Assembly (NCBI GenBank): GCA_001875345.1
Contig: MIZA01000012.1
Location: 25,656 to 89,655, forward strand
From: Marine Group III euryarchaeote CG-Epi1
GTDB taxonomy: Archaea > Thermoplasmatota > Poseidoniia > MGIII > CG-Epi1
DNA length: 64,000 nt
Reading direction: 5' to 3'
The notes under the pieces are model-generated. The model saw only the letters and a list, made by a program, of their open reading frames with translations, did no database searches and had not been told where the DNA came from. The position numbers and the translations under genes were made by a program. The first letter of the stretch is position 1, and each line of letters begins with the position of its first letter. Shown here piece after piece: positions 8,360 to 16,516 of this stretch.

Positions 8360-9312
8360 TAGTGAGGTTCAGCCTCCCCTTGGATCCATACTAACGCCAT
8401 ATGAATTATCATAAGAACTGTACCTACTAAAGGAAGTACAAAAATATGAAGCCAGTACATTCTTGTTACAGTATCTGCAGTAACTTGCGTTCCTCCAAAT
8501 ACGATTTGAGCCATTAATGGGCCCATTGCAGGGATAGAAGTAGCCATTTCAAGGCCAATTGCAGCAGCGGCATATCCGAGTGCATCCCATGGCAGTAGAT
8601 ATCCCGTGTAACCAAAGAAAATAGTTACAAGTAATAGTATAACTCCTAGAATCCAGTTAACTTCTCTCGGATTTCTGTAAGCACCTACAAAGTAAACTCT
8701 CATCATGTGTAAAAATACTGCTGCGACCATGAAGTGTGCAGCCCAATGATGTATAGCTCGCATTATGTATCCAAAAGCTACTTTTGTCATTATGAGTTCC
8801 ATAGATTGATACGATCCCGATGTGGCATGACCGTTTTCGTCAAAAGTTATTTCACCATCAGGTATATAGTAGAATCCAAGATAAATTCCAGTTATAACTA
8901 AGATTATATATGCAAAAAACGAAAGTCCTCCTAGCGAATAGAAAGGATACCAATACCAAACAGATTTTACATTGTACCTTTCAGTGTGGGATTGTGGCAT
9001 TGTCCTTCCACTTGAAGGTAAAAGTGTGAATACAACTGAATAATATTCTCGTTTGGCCAGAGAAGCATATCTGTGTAAAGCAAATCTTTCATCAAACCAG
9101 TTCCATGTTGCTAGCAATACTCGTGGAAGAGTTCCGGAAACATACAAGTACCCTACAGTCAGTACAGCCAATAATAACTGAAGGAAAATTAATGGGAAAG
9201 TATATTTCCTCATTAACTCTTCAATTATAGGTGTATCTCCAGCAGCACTGACAGGTAGTGCAAAGAAAGTAATACTTCCCAATAGTGCAGCCAAAAGTAG
9301 TCTTATTTTCAT
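8359..9312 (-). CDS. Cytochrome b N-terminal half (b6-like, bis-haem)
   Basis: HWAAHFMVAAVFLH (H-x13-H), HIFVLPLVGTVLMIIH (H-x14-H) and YTGYLLPWD are classic cytochrome b/b6 features. I place the start at the ATG at 9312-9310 (MKIRLLL...), which forms an ATGA overlap with the Rieske stop. The track ORF extends to 9336. Confidence 0.85.
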   Translation of the reverse strand: MKIRLLLAALLGSITFFALPVSAAGDTPIIEELMRKYTFPLIFLQLLLAVLTVGYLYVSGTLPRVLLATWNWFDERFALHRYASLAKREYYSVVFTLLPSSGRTMPQSHTERYNVKSVWYWYPFYSLGGLSFFAYIILVITGIYLGFYYIPDGEITFDENGHATSGSYQSMELIMTKVAFGYIMRAIHHWAAHFMVAAVFLHMMRVYFVGAYRNPREVNWILGVILLLVTIFFGYTGYLLPWDALGYAAAAIGLEMATSIPAMGPLMAQIVFGGTQVTADTVTRMYWLHIFVLPLVGTVLMIIHMALVWIQGEAEPH

Positions 9313-9995
9313 CCTTGTCCGCAATACTTGAGCCATTCGATTTGAGTCATTAGCCCAACTAAACCTCCATCTTTTTCTTCTATAGGTACCACAGGAAGAC
9401 CATAAGGAGCTGGTCCTTCTAATAATTCGGCAGCCATAACTTCACGACCTTGTTCATCTACGTTTTTGATAACTGAGAGTGGATCAAATAACGATAAATG
9501 ACATGGACATAAGAACATATTTTCGTAATCATTTCCACTGATAGTACTTGTCCCTTCCGCGCTAAAAACAGGTTTACAGCACAAGTGAGGGCATTTGTAT
9601 GTGTGGTACGCCATTAGATATGCATTACCATCATCTACACTTACTCCCAGACCATTCATAGATGGCTCAGCAGGTACTTTGGCCAAGGCTAACTGTATCT
9701 CACAAGCTCCCAACTCTTGTTCTAAATCTTTTGGAGCCCAATCGACAATTGCTACATCCCAAAGATTAAAATCTTCTTTTTTAGCGACACTTCCACCCAT
9801 GTTTTCATACCATTTCCCGCTTTCAGATTTATAAGTTAAGGTCTCGTGGGCATCATCATCGTTACACCTAGTAACTGGCGGTGGAAGCAATGTTTTTAGT
9901 GCAGGAACTGCAAGAGCAGTGGTCATTCCAGCTCCAGCTAATCCTATTGCACCCTGTAAGAATCCTCTTCGAGTTATATTCATTTTATCTTTCAA
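9309..9995 (-). CDS. Rieske [2Fe-2S] protein with a Tat signal
   Basis: Twin-arginine TRRGFLQGAIGLAGAG. Cluster boxes are CPHLCC (C-x-H-x-x-C, with Cys in place of the usual Gly) and CPCHLSLFD (C-x-C-H). Confidence 0.85.
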   Translation of the reverse strand: MKDKMNITRRGFLQGAIGLAGAGMTTALAVPALKTLLPPPVTRCNDDDAHETLTYKSESGKWYENMGGSVAKKEDFNLWDVAIVDWAPKDLEQELGACEIQLALAKVPAEPSMNGLGVSVDDGNAYLMAYHTYKCPHLCCKPVFSAEGTSTISGNDYENMFLCPCHLSLFDPLSVIKNVDEQGREVMAAELLEGPAPYGLPVVPIEEKDGGLVGLMTQIEWLKYCGQG

Positions 9996-10194
9996 GTTTT
10001 GTTATAACTTTACTCCTCCTCTTCTTTAGCTCTAAAACATCAGGCAAAAACGATCTTCTATAGAAATCAATCATTAATCCCATTATCATAAATGCCATAG
10101 CTAGTGTAAATGAAAGGAATTGTTGATCCCATCCTTCCAATATTCCATATATAAATAATGAATCATACATTATTTCAAGAACTAATAAAATCAA
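9985..10194 (-). CDS. Small two-helix membrane protein; 5' end unresolved because the frame stays open upstream to 10368
   Basis: The track ORF starts at a TTG at 10194. My translation of the same frame upstream gives ...ITEVNDLLEKIAKGEITPEDAQKLLGTYKDEDLGKVVRETPGKEQGEIFAIV with no ATG, GTG or TTG. Its end overlaps the Rieske start by 11 nt. Confidence 0.4.
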   Translation of the reverse strand: MILLVLEIMYDSLFIYGILEGWDQQFLSFTLAMAFMIMGLMIDFYRRSFLPDVLELKKRRSKVITKLER

Positions 10195-10336
10195 AACAAT
10201 AGCAAATATTTCACCTTGTTCTTTACCTGGAGTTTCACGTACTACTTTTCCTAGATCTTCATCTTTGTATGTTCCTAATAGTTTCTGTGCATCTTCTGGA
10301 GTAATTTCTCCTTTGGCTATTTTTTCGAGTAAATCG

Positions 10337-11032
10337 TTAACCTCGGTAATGTGAACTACCTCCTCTAATTACGACGTATGCTAATAATATCATAACAAAT
10401 ACCACTGCTATTGCCAGCAAGGCAATCCAGTACTGCATTAAACTTACGCCCAATTCATGTATTGAAGCTTCTTCAGAGACTACTTGGGGAGTCCCTATTG
10501 ATACTGAAGAAATATATCCCCATTGATCTCCATTCGTTCCAACTCCATTTACTACATTATAATATATTGTGAATAAAGCATCTCCAGCACCCTCACTTGG
10601 TGCAGTCCATTGAAAAGTCCAATTTCGTTGTGCATTACTATCTGCATTATGAGAAATATATTTTCCACCTTCACCTATCCAGTAAAGTGCGCCAGTTTGG
10701 AATGCCCCTTCACTAACTTCAGCTAAGAACCCTCCATAGCGGATGGCTTCAGGATCTGAAATTACATTTGTATCATTAATTACAAGAGAAATATTGTACG
10801 TTGTATCGGGAACATATTTGGAAGGAATGCCGTCGAGCATATACATGCCTTCATCTAGTTGTTCATCCATGTGGCATGAACAGCCATTAGCAATGCTGTC
10901 TTTTGCCCAATCTTCTCCAGCACCTTGCTGATCACCTCCTGCAGGGTAACCGTTAACACTCATGCCGACAGACATGACTGTAATCAATAAGATTGCAAGT
11001 AGTGCGTAAGTTCCTTTTTGATTCGTAGCCAA
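10337..11032 (-). CDS. Membrane-anchored extracytoplasmic protein with a conserved-looking C-x-C-H motif (function unknown)
   Basis: Has an N-terminal signal or anchor helix, NGCSCHMD near the N-terminus, a beta-rich body (NWTFQWTAPSEGAG) and a C-terminal TM helix with a basic tail. It is the first gene of the Rieske/cytochrome b gene string. Confidence 0.55.
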   Translation of the reverse strand: MATNQKGTYALLAILLITVMSVGMSVNGYPAGGDQQGAGEDWAKDSIANGCSCHMDEQLDEGMYMLDGIPSKYVPDTTYNISLVINDTNVISDPEAIRYGGFLAEVSEGAFQTGALYWIGEGGKYISHNADSNAQRNWTFQWTAPSEGAGDALFTIYYNVVNGVGTNGDQWGYISSVSIGTPQVVSEEASIHELGVSLMQYWIALLAIAVVFVMILLAYVVIRGGSSHYRG

Positions 11033-11150
11033 ATTTAGCTCCCCTTAAGGTGGCATATTATCGAAGTGAGCGCTATATAAAAATATAGTAATATTTTAGG
11101 CACTTTTTGTACAAGGCTATAGTATTATTAAATAACTGTTTTGATAGTTC

Positions 11151-12737
11151 ATGAAAGGTAGTAAATTAAGTGAAAAAACAGGCTTAATTTTACTAGGTCT
11201 TTTGGCGTTTGTATTCCGCTATCCCATTACAGAGACGCCTACAGGTTCAGATAATTTTTACTATATCTCAGCAGTTAAAGCCATATTGGTTCACGGAGAG
11301 ATATTTTGGGCTGAGAATATACTTTCAATATATGGTTTATTTCCTGGGACAACTCCACTAGGAAGTCTAATATTAGCTAGCACAATCACTGAAATTACGG
11401 GATTATCAGTTCATAATTATCATTTGATACATAGTATTTTCTTATCATTACTTTCTACGTTTGGATTCTTTCTTCTTTCAGGTGAATTCACTACAAACTA
11501 CAAGAGCCGTTGGTTTTCATCTTTAGCATTTTCACTTGCTCCCAGGTTTCTGACTTTTACTTTGTGGAGATTTTCATTGCGTTTTTCTTTAATTGCATTA
11601 CTTCCTTTCTTTATGTGGGCTATTCTCAGGATAATGAATAAAAAATATGGCCGCAATCCTAAAAAATTATTAATTTTAATATTAATATTCGCCCTTCTTC
11701 TCCCCTCATTGCATAGAATGGGATTACTTTTACCAGGTTTTTTTGTATCCTTTTTCGTATCTTTTTTATTGTGGCAATGGCAAGAAAATGCATTGAATAG
11801 AGAGCGTGCAGGGAGGCAAGTTTTTATGTTTATATTATTTTTAGCTTCATATTTATTTTATCTACAATATTTAGACTTTTCACCCTATTCCCCCAATGAT
11901 GAGTTGATTGGAGTATACTATCTAAACGAGGGGACAATTCTATCAACAATAGTCAATCTTGGTTTTTACTATTTGATTAACGTTGGGCCAATTATGTTTT
12001 TATCATTGATAGGAATAATTTTTTGGATTCAAGAAGGAAGAGTGCCATTTAGCTACATGTTTTCATTTACATTATTGGCGTTATTCTTATTTGCAATATC
12101 CGATCTAATTTATATCCCATACATATTCACTTTTTTCATACTCTTATTTGTAGCTCCAGGAGTTGATTTTTTCCTAGATAACCTTCAGGATTACAAAGGA
12201 AGATTAGGTGCATTTCTTACGATATTGTTAGTGTTAACAATATCATTTTCTAGCTTAGATTTGTCATACAGAGTAGATGCCCATGAGAGAGAGGAATTTT
12301 ACTACTCATATAATATTAGCGAGAGTAGCATTTCAACAGGCCTCTGGATCAATGAAAACTTTTTTTCAGAGATTATTGAATCCAATGATCAAAAACAACC
12401 GAGAAGAGTAGTAGCTTACTCAAATTCGATAAATTTGGCTGATGCATCAGAATTATCTTCAAATCAGATAGATTTATCTGGAATGGAATTAAAACGCTAT
12501 CCTATTTTTGATTTATACTGGTATGGAGAAGATCATCTATGGGAATGGGAAAATGCTTCAAATCAAACTAATTTCGATGTAAATTTATCGTTAGTTAATC
12601 TAGGAATGTCTAACTTTAGTGGCAAATCATCAACATCTTCTATTGCCGTTAGCAGTTACTACAAAAGCATGCCAGATTATAATTTTAAATTGTATTACAG
12701 TGAAGAGTTAGCACTGTATTGGACAAATAATTACTAA
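11151..12737 (+). CDS. Polytopic membrane protein, possibly a GT-C-type glycosyltransferase
   Basis: At least 10 hydrophobic helices, an early-loop acidic motif (GSDNFYY) and a C-terminal soluble domain of about 150 aa with N-x-S/T sequons. The functional call is weak. No WWDYG-type AglB motif was seen. Confidence 0.35.
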   Translation: MKGSKLSEKTGLILLGLLAFVFRYPITETPTGSDNFYYISAVKAILVHGEIFWAENILSIYGLFPGTTPLGSLILASTITEITGLSVHNYHLIHSIFLSLLSTFGFFLLSGEFTTNYKSRWFSSLAFSLAPRFLTFTLWRFSLRFSLIALLPFFMWAILRIMNKKYGRNPKKLLILILIFALLLPSLHRMGLLLPGFFVSFFVSFLLWQWQENALNRERAGRQVFMFILFLASYLFYLQYLDFSPYSPNDELIGVYYLNEGTILSTIVNLGFYYLINVGPIMFLSLIGIIFWIQEGRVPFSYMFSFTLLALFLFAISDLIYIPYIFTFFILLFVAPGVDFFLDNLQDYKGRLGAFLTILLVLTISFSSLDLSYRVDAHEREEFYYSYNISESSISTGLWINENFFSEIIESNDQKQPRRVVAYSNSINLADASELSSNQIDLSGMELKRYPIFDLYWYGEDHLWEWENASNQTNFDVNLSLVNLGMSNFSGKSSTSSIAVSSYYKSMPDYNFKLYYSEELALYWTNNY

Positions 12738-12748
12738 ATATGCTAATG

Positions 12749-12756
12749 TTTTTATA
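12749..12756 (+). promoter_or_regulatory. Candidate TATA box for rps15
   Basis: TTTTTATA lies about 45 nt before the ATG at 12800. AGGAG at 12785-12789 is SD-like. The same GTTTTTATA 9-mer sits upstream of ribB. Confidence 0.35.
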
Positions 12757-12799
12757 CAGGCCCGACTGGCGCACTTTCCTTATTAGGAGTTAAAACAAA

Positions 12800-13252
12800 A
12801 TGGCACGAATGCATGCAAGACGTAAAGGTCGCTCAGGTTCTAGTCCACAGACTAGAAAAGAAAATCCTAAATGGTCACCAAAAGGTAAAGACGTAGAAAA
12901 ATTAGTTATGGAGTTATCCTCAGAAGGTAAATCTTCATCAGAAATAGGAATCATTTTGAGAGACATGCACGGAGTTCCAAGCGTAAAATTAGCAACAGGT
13001 AAATCTATAACTTCTATTTTGTCAGATGGCGGCGTAGCATCATCTCTTCCTGAAGATTTGACTAATCTTATGAGAAAAGCAGTTCGTCTAGGTGAACACT
13101 TGAAGATAAATAAAAAGGATATCCATAACACACGTTCACTAAGGTTAACTGAAGCTAAAATTCTTCGATTAGTTAAGTACTATCGCTCAAATAAAGTATT
13201 ATCAGAAGATTGGAAATATTCATTATCTGATGCTAAGCTTTTAGTAGGATAA
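12800..13252 (+). CDS. rps15: 30S ribosomal protein uS15 (archaeal S15P/S13e type)
   Basis: MARMHARRKGRSGSSPQTRKE... is the characteristic archaeal/eukaryotic uS15 N-terminus. Length is 150 aa. Confidence 0.9.
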   Translation: MARMHARRKGRSGSSPQTRKENPKWSPKGKDVEKLVMELSSEGKSSSEIGIILRDMHGVPSVKLATGKSITSILSDGGVASSLPEDLTNLMRKAVRLGEHLKINKKDIHNTRSLRLTEAKILRLVKYYRSNKVLSEDWKYSLSDAKLLVG

Positions 13253-13265
13253 TTACAAACTTCAG

Positions 13266-14009
13266 ATGGCAGATTGGTGTCTATTAGTAATAGATAACAA
13301 ATCTCATTTAGTAAATCTTGATTCCAAAATAATTGAAATTAAAAATTTTGGTAATTTCCCCTCAGAGTTTCTAAAAGGTCAAAAAAAAGGTGTTGAGTTT
13401 GACTTATTTAGTAAAAAAGGTAAATTACTCCCACATAATTTATCAGATATTCAAAAAAATTTAATCAGAGGTCCTCAAATAATATCGCCTAAAGATATTG
13501 CTTGGCTTGTTTACAGTTCTGATGTTAAATCAAATGACATAGTTATCGAGGCCGGAGGAGGGTCGGGAGCACTTACGACAGCTTTAGCACAATCGGCATT
13601 TCCAAAAGGTAAAGTCATTACTTTTGAAAAGAATAAAAAGCATCTTGAAATAGTAAAAAAGAATCTCAAACTAAGCCAATTTTCAGGTCAAGTTGAACTG
13701 AGAAACGAAGAATTAAATGATCAAACTGAAATTATCTCTTGTAATTCAATAATTTTGGATTTACCAGATCCACAAGAACTAGTTAAATGGGCTGAAAAAT
13801 CGTTGGTGTTAGGAGGTAAGTTGTTGTGTTATGTACCTACAATAAATCAAGTAGAAAATCTGCTCAGTTCACTGAATGGGTGGAGTGAAATAGAAATCAA
13901 TGAAATGATGCACAGAACTTGGCAATCAAGGCTAGAGGCCATACGACCTAATACGAACATTTTGGGACATACTGGCTTTATCGTTTCTGCTAGATTATTG
14001 AATAAGTAG
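13266..14009 (+). CDS. trmI: tRNA (adenine-N1)-methyltransferase, TrmI/Gcd14 family
   Basis: SAM-binding VIEAGGGSGALTTALA, then DLPDP and a C-terminal ...RPNTNILGHTGFIVSARLL typical of TrmI. Confidence 0.8.
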   Translation: MADWCLLVIDNKSHLVNLDSKIIEIKNFGNFPSEFLKGQKKGVEFDLFSKKGKLLPHNLSDIQKNLIRGPQIISPKDIAWLVYSSDVKSNDIVIEAGGGSGALTTALAQSAFPKGKVITFEKNKKHLEIVKKNLKLSQFSGQVELRNEELNDQTEIISCNSIILDLPDPQELVKWAEKSLVLGGKLLCYVPTINQVENLLSSLNGWSEIEINEMMHRTWQSRLEAIRPNTNILGHTGFIVSARLLNK

Positions 14010-14035
14010 ATATCTATTTTACTAGTCGCCTTCAT

Positions 14036-14968
14036 ATGTTTTTGATGTCATCTATAGAGGAAGTAATTATCATAGGCTCAGGTCCAGCAGGCTACACGGC
14101 AGGCTTGTATACAGGAAGAGCAATGCTCAAACCTAAATTATTCGCGGGTTTTGCAAGTGGCGGACAATTAATGCTTACTAGTGATATAGAAAATTTCCCA
14201 GGATATCCTGAAGGTATAGGCGGTCCCGAAATGATGATGGAATTGAGAGCGCAAGCTGCAAGATTTGGTTGCGATATTATTGATAAAAATGTAGATTCGA
14301 TTGATACTAGTTCTCATCCGTTTAAGGTGAATGTAGGTAAAGATCAATTTTTAACCAAATCAATAATTATCACAACAGGTGCAGAAGCAATATGGCTAGA
14401 TGCAGGTAATGAAGAGAAGCATAAAGGACAAGGAATATCTACCTGTGCTACATGCGATGGAGCATTTTTCAGAGACAAGGAAGTCATAGTAGTTGGAGGT
14501 GGAGACTCGGCCATGGAAGAAGCTACTTTCCTTACTCGATTCTGCAGTAAAGTCACCATTGTTAACAGAAGAGAAGAGCTTAGGGCCTCACAAATAATGG
14601 CAGACAGAGCTCGAGATAATGATAAGATTGGATGGAAATTAAATCGAGTAGTAAAAGAGTGGGTAGGAGAACAAGGGAATTTTGAAGGTGTAGTTCTTGT
14701 AGACACTATATCAGGTGAAGAAGAACTATTCAAGTGTGACGGTGCTTTCATAGCTATAGGACACAAGCCCATGACGAACTTCTTAGGAAATCAGATTGAG
14801 TTGGATAATCATGGTTACATAGTTCCTAAAGAAAATACCATGACAAATGTTTCTGGAGTATTCGCAGCAGGAGATGTGGTTGATACGCGATATCGTCAAG
14901 CCATTACTGCAGCAGGTATGGGATGTATGGCTGCAATTGATGCTGAAAAATGGCTTGAAGAAAATTAA
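14036..14968 (+). CDS. trxB: Thioredoxin-disulfide reductase
   Basis: IIGSGPAGYTAGLY FAD motif, redox-active CATCDG, VVGGGDSAMEEATFLT NADPH motif and a C-terminal GDV..D...RQAITAAG.G. Confidence 0.9.
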   Translation: MFLMSSIEEVIIIGSGPAGYTAGLYTGRAMLKPKLFAGFASGGQLMLTSDIENFPGYPEGIGGPEMMMELRAQAARFGCDIIDKNVDSIDTSSHPFKVNVGKDQFLTKSIIITTGAEAIWLDAGNEEKHKGQGISTCATCDGAFFRDKEVIVVGGGDSAMEEATFLTRFCSKVTIVNRREELRASQIMADRARDNDKIGWKLNRVVKEWVGEQGNFEGVVLVDTISGEEELFKCDGAFIAIGHKPMTNFLGNQIELDNHGYIVPKENTMTNVSGVFAAGDVVDTRYRQAITAAGMGCMAAIDAEKWLEEN

Positions 14969-15014
14969 TTCAAATTAACAATCATTTTTTAGAACCCCCT
15001 ATCAATGGCCATAA

Positions 15015-16058
15015 GTGCAGCGTCAGCTTTCCCTTAGCGATTCAGAAGATGCCATCAGTCCAATAATAGGTACAGTTTTGATATTGGCAATTATGGTTTC
15101 TATAACGGGAACCATGCTTGCTTGGGGCATTCCTCAGATTCAAGAAAGTGAAGCTTACGCAATTTACACTTCTGCTCAAAATAATTTTTTGAATTTTGAT
15201 GCTGACCTAGATCAAGTAATAGTCCAAGGTGAAGGCAGTTCCCGTTCATCAACAGTATCATTCAGTGCTGGAACATTTGTTCACCGTGAAAATCTAGACG
15301 AAATCCGTTATTATTACGAAACTACTTCGTGGTCATCATTTGAGATTCTTGGAGTAAAAAATGGAGCAACTACATTTGCAATAATAGATAACAAAGAAGT
15401 TATAGATGATTTTGATATAACTATATCTTATCCAAACGGAACTACTTTGGAAGTTGAATCTTCAGCTTTTATTGCCTCAGGATTTCCAGCTTTGGTTTAC
15501 GGAACTTCAGCCACATATACAAGTACAGCTAACGATACTGTTGTTGGTGGATTTTTCATATATGGCGTAGACTCACTTTCGTATAAATATTCCTCTGTCT
15601 CAGGCGTTTACAAAATGCGTTTATTCAACGGCGGAATAGTTACTAGAGAGCCAGGAGGTATTTTCTTTGTAAGCTCTAAACCTATTATCCGATCTATTAG
15701 CACAGACGATTCTTATGAATCACTGGTTTTGTACCAAACAGATTACAATATGACTACCGGAGCTAAATCTCTAACTGGAGGAAATTATAATTTTGAAGCT
15801 AGGAATCAAGGAGGAAAAGATTCTTCCTTTGAAGTCTTCAATGTAAGAATGGGTTTTAGCGGCGACAGTTCAATGGCATTAAAAAATTATTATTCAACTT
15901 ATTGGAGTTTCGGCCCCGAAACATACACCATTTCTAGTACCCAATCAACAGCAGCAGCTAACATGGGCTTTGAGGAAGATATTTTTTACAATCAAGATAC
16001 TGCATTTGACTTTAGAATTTTGGAGAGAACAATTCATGTTACGTTTAACCTCCGATGA
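15015..16058 (+). CDS. Large prepilin-like protein with a class III signal peptide
   Basis: GTG start. N-terminus ...SDSEDAISPIIGTVLILAIMVSITGTMLAWG matches the archaeal pilin N-terminal domain. The rest is Ser/Thr-rich and beta-rich. Confidence 0.65.
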   Translation: MQRQLSLSDSEDAISPIIGTVLILAIMVSITGTMLAWGIPQIQESEAYAIYTSAQNNFLNFDADLDQVIVQGEGSSRSSTVSFSAGTFVHRENLDEIRYYYETTSWSSFEILGVKNGATTFAIIDNKEVIDDFDITISYPNGTTLEVESSAFIASGFPALVYGTSATYTSTANDTVVGGFFIYGVDSLSYKYSSVSGVYKMRLFNGGIVTREPGGIFFVSSKPIIRSISTDDSYESLVLYQTDYNMTTGAKSLTGGNYNFEARNQGGKDSSFEVFNVRMGFSGDSSMALKNYYSTYWSFGPETYTISSTQSTAAANMGFEEDIFYNQDTAFDFRILERTIHVTFNLR

Positions 16059-16512
16059 TTCTGGTGCATCTCAGTTAATAGGTTACGTATACACTGCGTT
16101 AATTTCAGTTTTAATTTTATCTTCGATGATGCTAACATCAAGCACTATGTTGAATGGCAGTGTTTCGAATACAGCACAGGAAGAGGCCGAACAGCTTGCT
16201 CTATATTTTCAATTGGCAGTAGAAGATTTACTTAATACAGTAAGAGAGTATCCAGGTTCCTCTCCAGTAATGGTTTTAGATACTGGAATAGAAGCAATAA
16301 ATCATGGTATACAATACAAAGTAACTGGTTTAACTACAGGATTAAAAGTGACTACAATTCAGCCTCGGGGAGGGTCGTTTGAGGTTAACTTTCCATTAGC
16401 GCCGGCAACATCAATTGAAACTACAAATTCCGCATCTTTAAAGTCTACTACTTCTTATATAGTCATATCCTATGATGATAATCTAAAGGTTGTCAAGTTA
16501 ACCTCAGGATGA
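16036..16512 (+). CDS. Prepilin-like protein with a class III signal peptide
   Basis: I place the start at the ATG at 16036 (MLRLTSDDSGASQLIGYVYTALISVLILSSMML), which overlaps the upstream stop by 23 nt. The track ORF's earlier start at 15970 lies inside the preceding gene. Confidence 0.55.
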   Translation: MLRLTSDDSGASQLIGYVYTALISVLILSSMMLTSSTMLNGSVSNTAQEEAEQLALYFQLAVEDLLNTVREYPGSSPVMVLDTGIEAINHGIQYKVTGLTTGLKVTTIQPRGGSFEVNFPLAPATSIETTNSASLKSTTSYIVISYDDNLKVVKLTSG

Positions 16513-16516
16513 TAAA

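Noticed and set aside
10337-11032. Calling the operon-leading protein a c-type cytochrome on the basis of the Cys/His motif.
   Set aside because: The motif read from the translation is C-S-C-H (CxCH), not the CxxCH haem c attachment site. I therefore left it as an unknown candidate redox partner.
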